From NCBI GenBank assembly GCA_041301185.1, contig JBFYSV010000198.1, positions 1 through 62,961 on the forward strand: a DNA stretch of 62,961 nt, given 5' to 3'. The notes under the pieces were generated by a model that saw nothing but the letters and a program-made list of their open reading frames with translations, was not told where the DNA came from and did not search any database. This DNA is from Anaerolineae bacterium (GTDB lineage Bacteria; Chloroflexota; Anaerolineae; Anaerolineales; UBA4823). This document shows, in pieces, positions 1 through 8,887 of this stretch (its first letter is position 1; each line of letters opens with the position of its first letter). The position numbers were made by a program, and so were the translations under genes.

Positions 1-173
1 GCCTTGCCTGCCCCGCTATATGCCACTGAAATAATCGCCAAAGAAGCCAGTTCGATCTGGGGAGTGCAGGCAAACATGGACACCAGGTGAACCTGGTAGC
101 CGGCAGCCACAAAATACTCAATCCAGTTCAAGGCGATGGGGGAGCGCCCATCAGCAATAAAGAGCAGCTTCAT
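1..173 (-). CDS. Glycosyltransferase family 4, N-terminal fragment (runs off the window edge)
   Basis: Manual translation from ATG at 173: MKLLFIADGRSPIALNWIEYFVAAGYQVHLVS, a typical GT4 N-terminus. It follows the upstream GT4 in the same operon. Confidence 0.75.
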   Translation of the reverse strand, partial: MKLLFIADGRSPIALNWIEYFVAAGYQVHLVSMFACTPQIELASLAIISVAYSGAGK

Positions 174-185
174 CACCGGACCAAC

Positions 186-1346
186 TCATTCTGCAATAGA
201 GATGCTGGCAAGGGCAGCCACGAAACCAGCCACCATCGCTCCAATATTGAACTCATCCCGCACAATGCACAGGGATTGGCTTCCCATCTTGCGCAAGCGC
301 TGGATATCCGAGAGCGCCTCGCGCAGCGCCCTCTGGAGAGCGGTTATATCATTCGCAGGAACCCGCCAGCCATTCTCTGGGCGCACCAGGTCATCCTGGG
401 TGCCGTCGCCCTCCGCGACAATCACCGGCAGGCCGTGCCCCATGGCTTGCTGCACTGCCAGCCCGCCTGTGCCTGGCAGGACAAACAGGTCGGCAGCGAC
501 GAAATAACGTTCGAGAGCAGGCCCGTGAACTGCCCCGGCAAACTCCACCTGCGGGTAAATTTCCTGGGCAAGCTGTTGAAGCCCGGTCAGGGCAGGACCG
601 TCTCCTACGATCGTCAGCTGGGGCTGCAACCCGGTATCTAACCCCGCGCAGGCGCGCAGCAAGTTATCCAACCGCTTGCGCTCCTGAAGGCGCCCGACAA
701 ATAACACCTTCTGGCGACCCTCCTTTTCGATTGGGCGAAGCGGCGCGTCTTCAGTAGGCCGATTTACCACCGCGTTTGGGGCAACAAAGACGCGCTGTGC
801 AGAAAACCCTAAAGCCCGGTACTCGTCTGCCCCGCGCCGGCTGTAGGCGATCATCCCATGAAAGTTACGATAGAAACGGCGCCGCCCAAAACTGCCAATA
901 GCTCCCCAAAAGCCAGCTGGCTCTCGACCTGCATTCGGTGCGCCCAACCCCCAGCCGATCACCGGGCGGCCGCGTCTGTGCATCCAATCCGCCGCTCGGT
1001 AGGTGCTGAGGTAACGCGGGTTTGCCTCGACAACCAGGGCATCCGGCTGCCATTCCTCCAACCACTCGACCAGCCCGCGCTGCCAGCACAAATAGTATGG
1101 CTGGCGAACGCGGCCTAGGTGCAGGTTGCGCGCTGCGACAAAACGGGCAGCGGTGAGTTGCCCCGCCACTGCAATCGACTCGTCGTGTTGCGGCTGCCCG
1201 GCGATCACGCTCAACCCTCCCCGGCAGGCGCGAGCCAGCGCCTCAAAGAAACCTGCCCGATAAGAAGGCAAAACTCGCTGCTGTACGCCCAAACGCCCGG
1301 GATACTCAGGGAGTTGATCAGGATTAGGCAGTAAATCAGAATCCAT
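186..1346 (-). CDS. Glycosyltransferase family 4 (GT-B fold)
   Basis: VLFVGRLQERKR, LFVLPG..GLAVQQAM..GLPVIV C-terminal GT4 motif. Confidence 0.9.
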   Translation of the reverse strand: MDSDLLPNPDQLPEYPGRLGVQQRVLPSYRAGFFEALARACRGGLSVIAGQPQHDESIAVAGQLTAARFVAARNLHLGRVRQPYYLCWQRGLVEWLEEWQPDALVVEANPRYLSTYRAADWMHRRGRPVIGWGLGAPNAGREPAGFWGAIGSFGRRRFYRNFHGMIAYSRRGADEYRALGFSAQRVFVAPNAVVNRPTEDAPLRPIEKEGRQKVLFVGRLQERKRLDNLLRACAGLDTGLQPQLTIVGDGPALTGLQQLAQEIYPQVEFAGAVHGPALERYFVAADLFVLPGTGGLAVQQAMGHGLPVIVAEGDGTQDDLVRPENGWRVPANDITALQRALREALSDIQRLRKMGSQSLCIVRDEFNIGAMVAGFVAALASISIAE

Positions 1347-1373
1347 GTTTGATGGCCTGGTTCTCGCCCGGCA

Positions 1374-2237
1374 TCAGCTTGTAGCAGGGAAAGCCACCAG
1401 GTAAGCTTTCCAATCTAACTCATCGAATGAATGAACTTCTGGGTAACCTTGCGCAAGATTACTCAGGCGGTAGCCAGCCAGGTTAAATTCGTGCCAGGCA
1501 GCTTGTGCAGCTTGTGGTCCATGCAGCTCAAGGAAGACGATCGGCCGCGCCTGCGCCAAGACCTGGCGCATCCCCGGCAGTGCCAGCACTTCCCCGCCTT
1601 CGATATCCATTTTTACCACATCGGGTTGAGGATGATCGCGACGATAGACAAAGTCATCCAAAGAAAAGCCTTCTACCTGGATCGAAGCGCGGTATTCAAC
1701 TGATTCTCGCCCGGCTGAGCCTTCGGCTTTGCCCATCCCGCCAGACGGCCCAACCCAGAAGCTCACCAGACCACTTTGATCCACAACTGCACCGGCGATA
1801 ATCTCTACTTGATCCTGCAGCTCATTCAAACGGATATTTTCCTCCAGCCGCTCCAGGTTTTTGGAAAGCGCCTCAAAAGAATATACATGCCCGGTCTTAC
1901 CTACCGCCTGCGCCAGCAACAGGCTGATATACCCGATGTTCGCCCCAACGTCGTAAGCCACCATACCCGGCTTGACCAGATCACCAATCCCAACCTGCAA
2001 ATCTGGCTCATAGGTGCCTAGCCAATAGTCTTTCTCACTCTGCAAGTCCAACTGAAGAGACATTCCCGCCAGGCCCCCGCCGGCGACTCTCACCCGGGTG
2101 AGCCCTTGCGGTGCAGCCCGATTCAGGCTGCCACGGACCAGCTTTGCCAGCCAGGGCAGGCGATAAATACCCCGCTTGACACTCATCGGCAGGTAGCGGG
2201 CGGCCGCATCTGCAAAGGACAGGATCAGCTTAGCCAT
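1374..2237 (-). CDS. FkbM family SAM-dependent methyltransferase
   Basis: YDVGANIGY, YSFEA, VVKMDIEGGE motifs; likely start ATG 2237 (MAKLILS). Confidence 0.9.
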   Translation of the reverse strand: MAKLILSFADAAARYLPMSVKRGIYRLPWLAKLVRGSLNRAAPQGLTRVRVAGGGLAGMSLQLDLQSEKDYWLGTYEPDLQVGIGDLVKPGMVAYDVGANIGYISLLLAQAVGKTGHVYSFEALSKNLERLEENIRLNELQDQVEIIAGAVVDQSGLVSFWVGPSGGMGKAEGSAGRESVEYRASIQVEGFSLDDFVYRRDHPQPDVVKMDIEGGEVLALPGMRQVLAQARPIVFLELHGPQAAQAAWHEFNLAGYRLSNLAQGYPEVHSFDELDWKAYLVAFPATS

Positions 2238-2280
2238 AATCGGGCATCCCAAACCGTCCAATCAATCCGGAAGCTCACGA

Positions 2281-3345
2281 TCAGTCGATTCCCTGTAAGG
2301 CCTGCACATAGCCCTGCACCATCTGCTCCACGTCAAAGGCTTCTTCGGCGCGCCGGCGAGCGCCCGTGCGGTATGCAGCCTGATCCTGCAAGATTTCGGC
2401 AGCCGCGCCCACCAACCCGACCATATCGGGTGGTTCAAGCAGCCACGGGTTGCCGCCATAAGGCACCACGCGCCCGGCTGATGGACTGACCAGCTCCGGC
2501 AACGCACCGGTATCGAATGCCAGCACCGGCAGCCCGCACGCCAGGGCTTCGATCACGGAATTGGGACAGGCCGCGTTCAGATCCGCAGAATACAAAATAT
2601 GCCCGGTCTGGTCGATCTCAGGGATATGCTCGTGCGGCACCTGACCAGCCCATCTTATCGAGATTTGGGTTTGTTGTTGCCAGCGCTGCTGGGTCTGCTC
2701 CGAGACTCGCCCAACCACCATCAGCTCAACCGCCTGATGAGTTGACTGGGAGGTAGATTGCCCCAGATGGATCCTTCCTTCCAGCCCTTCCACCAGCTTC
2801 ACCGCCACTTCCAGGCCTGCCTCGTAGCCACCCAGCAAGCTCCCTTCCACCAGCAACACCCGCCAGCGGTCAACAGGCGGGTCTTGCCCTTCGCCAGGAA
2901 AATATTGAGTGAGATCGACTCCATTATAAATCACCCGATTTGCTGCCGGTACTGGCCCACGGACCCGCTCCCACCACTCGCGGCTGAACTGGCTCTGGTA
3001 CACGATAAAATCAGCCAGATGTGACCGGATGTACGCCAGCAGCCAGTTGCCAATTTCAGCACGCAGGTAGTGGCGCACGCCCGTTCTCAGCCGGCGATGC
3101 AGCCAATTCATCCCGTCCAGGCGCTGCACAATCCGCGCCCCATTTCGCCTGGCTTTCCGCAAACCAGTCAGGTTGCGCGTACCCCCAATCACCAGCACAG
3201 CCTGGTAGGGGGTGTCGTCCAGGTCAGTACATACTTCAATCCCGCCCGCCTGCAATCCCCTGGCGATTTTACGCTGAAAAGACACCATCCCGCCGACGCC
3301 CTCCAGGCGCGGCACCAGGCATACCCGGGTCAACTTCGAGACCAT
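2281..3345 (-). CDS. Glycosyltransferase family 4
   Basis: VIYNGVDL and ACPNSVIEALACGLPVLAFDTGALPELV (EX7E-type motif). Confidence 0.9.
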   Translation of the reverse strand: MVSKLTRVCLVPRLEGVGGMVSFQRKIARGLQAGGIEVCTDLDDTPYQAVLVIGGTRNLTGLRKARRNGARIVQRLDGMNWLHRRLRTGVRHYLRAEIGNWLLAYIRSHLADFIVYQSQFSREWWERVRGPVPAANRVIYNGVDLTQYFPGEGQDPPVDRWRVLLVEGSLLGGYEAGLEVAVKLVEGLEGRIHLGQSTSQSTHQAVELMVVGRVSEQTQQRWQQQTQISIRWAGQVPHEHIPEIDQTGHILYSADLNAACPNSVIEALACGLPVLAFDTGALPELVSPSAGRVVPYGGNPWLLEPPDMVGLVGAAAEILQDQAAYRTGARRRAEEAFDVEQMVQGYVQALQGID

Positions 3346-3374
3346 CTTAAGATACCAGAGTGATCATAGGGTTT

Positions 3375-3842
3375 TCAATCCACTGCCCCCGGGCTGGCAG
3401 CCATCTCCCGGACTCCCACCCGCCGGGCAGGAACTCCCGCCCATAATTCGTACTCCCCGGTCGATTCCAGGAGAACGGCGTTTGCACCCACGACTGTACC
3501 TCGTCGCACACGTAAGATGCCCTGCTTGCAGAGCACCTTGGCTCCCGGAGAGAGGACGACGTCATCTTCGATGACCACCCCTTCGAATTGCGAGTGCTCG
3601 GCTGGGCGGTAGATGTCAGCCCGGCCTATCCCTACCCCCGGATACAGCCTGACCCGGTCACCAATAACCGTTTTCGAGTGTACCACCACGCCAAATCCGC
3701 CATGCGCCAGCTCAAACTGGCGACCAACCACCACCGAGCAGGGGATTTCTACACCCAGCAGTTTGAGGGCGTAATAGGCAAGCTTCCCAATCACAGGCGC
3801 CTGGCGGGCATAGACCAGGCGGGTGTACACATCACGCGCCAT
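3375..3842 (-). CDS. Hexapeptide-repeat (serine O-acetyltransferase-like) acyltransferase
   Basis: HGGFGVVVHSKTVIGDRVRLYPGVGIG, VVGANAVLL, WAGVPAR left-handed beta-helix motifs. Confidence 0.85.
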   Translation of the reverse strand: MARDVYTRLVYARQAPVIGKLAYYALKLLGVEIPCSVVVGRQFELAHGGFGVVVHSKTVIGDRVRLYPGVGIGRADIYRPAEHSQFEGVVIEDDVVLSPGAKVLCKQGILRVRRGTVVGANAVLLESTGEYELWAGVPARRVGVREMAASPGAVD

Positions 3843-3847
3843 GCGAG

Positions 3848-4981
3848 CTATCCATGTTCCAGGATCGCCTTCACGATGCGGGAGGCAGCCTGCCCATCGC
3901 CGTAAGGATTGACGGCGCGTGCCATCGCCGCATGGGCGACAGGATCATCCAGCAGGAGGCGCGCCTGGTTGACGATCCGCTCCACATCAGTGCCTACCAG
4001 GCGCACTGTACCCGCTTCCACTCCTTCCGGCCGCTCGGTGACTTCACGCATGACCAGCACCGGCACACCCAGACCGGGGGCCTCCTCTTGCAAGCCACCT
4101 GAGTCGGTCAGCACCAGGGTAGAGCGCTTGATCAGGTGCACCAGGGGCAGATAATCCAGCGGGGGCAGCAGTGTAATGTTGGGTACCTTGCCCAGCATGC
4201 GATAGACCGGGACTTGCACATTGGGGTTGAGATGCACGGGGTAGACGAATTGCACCTGGCTTTGATAATGGTCTGCCAATTGGCGGATTGCCGTACAAAT
4301 ATTCTCAAGGGGCTTCCCGAAATTCTCCCTGCGATGGGCTGTGATCAGCACCAGCCGGTTTCCTGGCGAAGGATTGGCATCCTGAGATAACCCCAGCTTA
4401 TATAACAGGCTGGTCACTTCGGGCGGCGGCGGCATGTTGACCACAGACTGCAACGCGTCGATCACCGGGTTTCCCGTCACGCGGATGCGCTCATCCGGCA
4501 CATTCTCGCGCAGCAGGTTTTGGCGCGACCATTCCGTCGGAGCAAAATGCAAATCGGCAACCGCCCCCGCCACCCTGCGGTTGATCTCCTCGGGGAACGG
4601 CTGCCATTTATCGCCCGTGCGCAAACCCGCCTCAACATGACCGACGCGGATGCGGTGATAGTATGCCAATAAAGCTGCCGCCATGACCGTGGTTGTATCA
4701 CCCTGAACCAGGACCCAATCGGGTTTCAACCTGGCAAGTACCGGGTCCAGGTGCGTGAAAACCGCTGCTGTGACCTGGGCCAGCGACTGGTCGGCCTGCA
4801 TCAAGTTCAGGTCAACATCTGGGACAATCTCAAATAGGCTTAATACCTGGTCAAGCATCTGGCGGTGCTGGGCTGTGACACAGACCAGCGATTCAATGCC
4901 CGGCGTCTGAGCCAGATACCGGACAACTGGCGCCATTTTAACCGCCTCGGGACGTGTCCCGAACACTGAGAGCACCTTCAT
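3848..4981 (-). CDS. wecB: UDP-N-acetylglucosamine 2-epimerase (non-hydrolysing)
   Basis: FGTRPEAVKMAP, QGDTTT, HVEAGLR, HRREN, DSGGLQEE, NPYGDG. Confidence 0.97.
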   Translation of the reverse strand: MKVLSVFGTRPEAVKMAPVVRYLAQTPGIESLVCVTAQHRQMLDQVLSLFEIVPDVDLNLMQADQSLAQVTAAVFTHLDPVLARLKPDWVLVQGDTTTVMAAALLAYYHRIRVGHVEAGLRTGDKWQPFPEEINRRVAGAVADLHFAPTEWSRQNLLRENVPDERIRVTGNPVIDALQSVVNMPPPPEVTSLLYKLGLSQDANPSPGNRLVLITAHRRENFGKPLENICTAIRQLADHYQSQVQFVYPVHLNPNVQVPVYRMLGKVPNITLLPPLDYLPLVHLIKRSTLVLTDSGGLQEEAPGLGVPVLVMREVTERPEGVEAGTVRLVGTDVERIVNQARLLLDDPVAHAAMARAVNPYGDGQAASRIVKAILEHG

Positions 4982-5011
4982 TCACTACTCCATCCGCCAC
5001 AACTACGGGCG

Positions 5012-6316
5012 TCATAATGACTGTTCGCCAACCCCTAACCGGTACAGGTTGAAGCCAGCCGGATGCCAGGTTTTGGATGACCAGGCATTGACACAATCCA
5101 CCACAGTGCGCGCCCGGGTCAGGGCGGCAACCTGCTCTGGTAGTAACCCCCGCAAGGTTGCGTGCCCAACCAGCAGCACCACTATCTCAGCCCCTGCCAG
5201 GGCTTCTTCCAGGCTGGTAGCCATGTGAACACCCGGCAAGCAAGCGTCAGGACGGTTGGGCTCGAAAGCGGTCACTTTTGCACCAGCTTCTGCCAGCAGG
5301 CGGGTGACCTCTATCGCCGGGCTTTCGCGCAAATCATCCACATCCGCTTTATAAGCCAGCCCCAAAACTGTGACCGAGCACCCATGCAGGGAATCTTCCT
5401 GGGCTGCCCCACCTGAATGGGCCGCTTTGCGAACTAAAGCGACCACGTGCTGCGGCTGGGTGTCGTTCACCTGGCGCGCCGTGCGGATCAGTGCGGCAAG
5501 ATCGGGTGCCGACTCCACCAGGAACCACGGATCGACGCTAATACAGTGCCCGCCAACACCCGGACCGGGGCTGAGGATCCTCACCCGCGGGTGGCGGTTG
5601 GCAATTGATATCGCTTCCCACACGTCAATACCAAAGCGTTCCGCCAGGCGGGTAAACTCGTTTGCCAGGGCGATATTCACATCGCGGTAGGTGTTTTCCA
5701 TCAGCTTGACCATCTCGGCGCTGGTGGCATCGGTCAGCACGATCTCGCCGCGCACGAATGTAGCGTACAGATCGCGGCCTGCCTCAGCAGAAACCCGGTT
5801 GATGCCGCCTATCACGCGGTCATTCTCGATCAGCTCTCGCAGGATCTGCCCCGGCATCACCCGCTCTGGCGAATATGCCAGGTAGAAATCAACCCCCGCC
5901 CGTAAGCCCGATTGCTCCAAGATGGGCGCCAGCAGGTTAAGAGTCGTTAGCGGGGGGGAGGTCGATTCCAGGATAACCAGATTGCCCTCCCGTAAATGGG
6001 GCACGATAGACTGAGTGGCTGAGGTGACCGCCCGCATGTCGGCGCTCTTATCGGGATAGAAAGGCGTGGGTACCTCGATAATGAAGGCATCTGCCGGCTC
6101 GGGCGTTTCGCTGATGACCAGGTTCCCCGATCCGATTGCCGCCTGGACAAGCGTGCGCAACCCCGGCTCATAGATATGTAACCCGCCATTGCGCAGTGTT
6201 TCAACAACCACCGGGTTTGTGTCTACGCCGACAACTTTCAAGCCATGCGTGGCGAAAGTGCTGGCCGTTGGCAAACCGGTATAACCCAATCCCAGAACAC
6301 AAAGCTTGCTGAACAC
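5012..6316 (-). CDS. wecC: UDP-N-acetyl-D-mannosamine dehydrogenase (nucleotide-sugar dehydrogenase)
   Basis: GLGYxGLP, KLMENTYRDVNIA, PGPGVGGHCI, GLAYKADVDDLRESP; probable GTG start at 6316 after AAGGAG; adjacent to wecB. Confidence 0.9.
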   Translation of the reverse strand: MFSKLCVLGLGYTGLPTASTFATHGLKVVGVDTNPVVVETLRNGGLHIYEPGLRTLVQAAIGSGNLVISETPEPADAFIIEVPTPFYPDKSADMRAVTSATQSIVPHLREGNLVILESTSPPLTTLNLLAPILEQSGLRAGVDFYLAYSPERVMPGQILRELIENDRVIGGINRVSAEAGRDLYATFVRGEIVLTDATSAEMVKLMENTYRDVNIALANEFTRLAERFGIDVWEAISIANRHPRVRILSPGPGVGGHCISVDPWFLVESAPDLAALIRTARQVNDTQPQHVVALVRKAAHSGGAAQEDSLHGCSVTVLGLAYKADVDDLRESPAIEVTRLLAEAGAKVTAFEPNRPDACLPGVHMATSLEEALAGAEIVVLLVGHATLRGLLPEQVAALTRARTVVDCVNAWSSKTWHPAGFNLYRLGVGEQSL

Positions 6317-6499
6317 CGAAAAATCTCCTTTTTGAAGGGCAGCCAACCCAGCCTTCAGAACCCGCCCGTCAATCTAAATTCACCCAATTATGCCACAGGA
6401 TAATCTAAAAAGACCGAGTTCGGGGTAAAAGAGGGTTTATAGTGTCCGCATCACATCCTTTTCCCTTATCCCAAATTCACCAAAAAAACAAGAAATCCC

Positions 6500-6528
6500 T
6501 TGACACAGAACGAATGTTCGGTTATTAT
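6500..6528 (+). promoter_or_regulatory. sigma70-type promoter of lexA
   Basis: TTGACA (6500-6505), 17 bp spacer, TATTAT (6523-6528). Confidence 0.85.
6507..6520. promoter_or_regulatory. LexA (SOS/Cheo-type) box AGAACGAATGTTCG
   Basis: GAAC-N4-GTTC at 6508-6519, inside the -35/-10 spacer of lexA; matches the Gram-positive/Chloroflexota LexA consensus. Confidence 0.9.
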
Positions 6529-6646
6529 ATTTTTAGCACAAATGAACGAATAATGACCGAATCCACTCACCCCCAGGACACCTGGGATGGGCATCCAATA
6601 ATGGTACTACGCTTTGTAGGTTCTGATGCCCTCAGGAGAAAAGATT

Positions 6647-7399
6647 ATGATGGCTAGAAAACGTGCCAAAGGGCTAAGCGAGAGACAGATAAAAATCCTC
6701 GAGGTATTAGAGCGATTCAACAACCAGAACGGATACCCGCCTTCGATCCGTGAGATCTGTGATATGACTTCTATTTCTTCCACCTCTGTGGTTAATTATT
6801 ACCTGAACCAGCTGGAGGAAAGCGGTCATATTGAGCGCGATGGCCGTGTTTCGCGCGGCATCCGCCTGGTAAAACCCTATTCAGAAGCTTCAACAAGCGA
6901 GGCATTTGCCGCGATGGGTGCCCAGATCAAGAAATCGGCAGAGGCTGTGCGCCAGGCAGTCGAAGAAGTGCTGCAGATTCCAATCGTCGGCCGGATCGTT
7001 GCCTCTTCGCCCGTGCCGGTGCCTCCGTCAGACTTCTCGTATTTCGATGCTGAATCGATGGTCGATGTCGCCCGCAGCCTGCTGCCCGCCCGGGAACGGA
7101 TCAACGAGCTGTTTGCCCTCGAAGTCCAGGGGAACTCGATGATCGATGCCATGGTGAACGACGGCGATATCGTGATCATGCGGCGAGCCCAAGAAGCCCG
7201 CAACGGTGAGATGGTGGCAATCTGGCTGACTGAGAACGACGAAACCACCCTCAAGTATTTCTACCTGGAAAACGGGCGCGTCCGCCTGCAACCCGCCAAC
7301 CCGACCATGGACCCGATTTACATCGACGACCCCACCCAGGTTGAGATCAAGGGCAAAGTCGTGATGGTCATCCGCCAGGTTCAAGGACAGCCTTCCTAA
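6647..7399 (+). CDS. lexA: SOS repressor LexA
   Basis: N-terminal wHTH (GYPPSIREIC..SSTSVVNYYL), S24 domain with VQGNSM (Ser) and TTLK (Lys); SD AGGAG before ATG 6647. Confidence 0.95.
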   Translation: MMARKRAKGLSERQIKILEVLERFNNQNGYPPSIREICDMTSISSTSVVNYYLNQLEESGHIERDGRVSRGIRLVKPYSEASTSEAFAAMGAQIKKSAEAVRQAVEEVLQIPIVGRIVASSPVPVPPSDFSYFDAESMVDVARSLLPARERINELFALEVQGNSMIDAMVNDGDIVIMRRAQEARNGEMVAIWLTENDETTLKYFYLENGRVRLQPANPTMDPIYIDDPTQVEIKGKVVMVIRQVQGQPS

Positions 7400-7419
7400 A
7401 AAACCTTACTGCAAAGCAC

Positions 7420-7457
7420 AAAACACCCGGTTCGATATCGAAACCGGGTGTTTTTTT
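7420..7457. terminator. Bidirectional intrinsic terminator
   Basis: AAAACACCCGGT...ACCGGGTGTTTTTTT hairpin between convergent lexA and the LTD gene. Confidence 0.9.
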
Positions 7458-7509
7458 GCCAGCACGACCCAATATAATTCCCAGCCCAGACAGGTTAAGT
7501 TGGGGAAGA

Positions 7510-8853
7510 CTAAGGAATCACCGTCGCTGTAGGCAGCACCAGGTCAACCACCCCTGGAGCAGGGGTGGCTTGATCACGCCAGTCCAGGGCACTATCCGTA
7601 TCGCGATCCGGGGGGTATCTTTCCAGGGAATGCCCAACCTCCACCTTACCAACGGACGGCAAGAATGCAAAGGCAGATGATCCCCAGGATAGCGCATCGA
7701 TTATGGAGCCACTCTCATCCAGAAGGAGCACTTCGTCGCCATCATTGCTCAGGTTGACCGTGCCGGTGCCCCAGGTTGTATCCCGCAGCATCTTCGGGAC
7801 CTGCGGATCAGATGTGTTGACTGCAAAATCCGGATTAAGGCCATAGACACTCTTAAATGCCTGAGCATCATTTGCAACCACCAGGGTTTGTCCTGGCTGG
7901 ATAAAATAACCGGAGGGGAACAGCAACATTCCCTCTCCCCCGCCGGCTGTCTCTTCATCTCCAATTTTGATCCCGTCCAGGCCAATCACTCCCTCCCCAA
8001 AATTGTAGACCTCAAACCACTCGCCGGTCGGGTTGCTACCTAAGGGATCGTAGAGCACCTCGCTGATCAGCAGGCCTAACGCAGCATGCGGGGTTGGCGT
8101 GCCGCCCGCCGGCAAGGTTGGTGTGGGGGTCGGTATGCGCAGGTCCACACCCCCAGGATTGGGCAACCCCTGGTCGACCCAATCCTGGTAGGTACCGGTG
8201 TCCACAAAAGCCGGTTTGCGCTCGTAGGAATGCCCCTGTTGAATAATTGCCAGGGAGGGATCAAAGGCAAAATTTGAGCTACCCCAGGAGACCGCATCGG
8301 CGGGCTGGTCGTGCGCATCCAACAAAAGCAACTCGTCCCCACCGTTGGAAAGCTCCACATTTCCGCCGGACCAGGCGGAATATTTGAGCAGGTTGGGGAC
8401 GGCAGGGTCGGTCTCAGATAGCTCGTAATCCGGCACCACCCCGTAGATTTGGAAAAATGCCACCGCCTGGTTCGCCACCACAATCACGCCACCCGGCGGC
8501 AGAACCGCCTGCTCTGGAAATTGAAACATCCCCTCGGGCCCTGAGCGAGTCTCCTCATCCCCCAATTTATATTGACTCAAGTCAACCGCCGTCACCCCAG
8601 GGTTGAATATCTCGATCCACTCCGCTTGTGGCTCTATGCCATCTGGATCATAGAGAACTTCACTGATCAGCAAGTACCCGGGGCGGGGTGTCGCAGTCGG
8701 TGTAGGCCAGCCCTGGTACAAAATCGGCAGATAGCTGGGTGCGGATAAACCCTGTGTCCAGGCAAATTCCGGGGAGATAAGAGAAACGGCTGCAATCACC
8801 GTTCCAATGATTGCAGCCGATAGCCATGCACACTTTTGTTTAATTCTCATCAC
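7510..8853 (-). CDS. Secreted/membrane-anchored protein with two lamin-tail domains (LTD)
   Basis: Two repeats of LLISEVLYDP..EW(I/F)E(I/V)(F/Y)N...LSN.GDE(L/V)LL; Pro/Thr linkers; hydrophobic N-terminus. Confidence 0.8.
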   Translation of the reverse strand: MMRIKQKCAWLSAAIIGTVIAAVSLISPEFAWTQGLSAPSYLPILYQGWPTPTATPRPGYLLISEVLYDPDGIEPQAEWIEIFNPGVTAVDLSQYKLGDEETRSGPEGMFQFPEQAVLPPGGVIVVANQAVAFFQIYGVVPDYELSETDPAVPNLLKYSAWSGGNVELSNGGDELLLLDAHDQPADAVSWGSSNFAFDPSLAIIQQGHSYERKPAFVDTGTYQDWVDQGLPNPGGVDLRIPTPTPTLPAGGTPTPHAALGLLISEVLYDPLGSNPTGEWFEVYNFGEGVIGLDGIKIGDEETAGGGEGMLLFPSGYFIQPGQTLVVANDAQAFKSVYGLNPDFAVNTSDPQVPKMLRDTTWGTGTVNLSNDGDEVLLLDESGSIIDALSWGSSAFAFLPSVGKVEVGHSLERYPPDRDTDSALDWRDQATPAPGVVDLVLPTATVIP

Positions 8854-8887
8854 AGCCGAATTTCAGAGGATTACCTGCCAAAATTGA

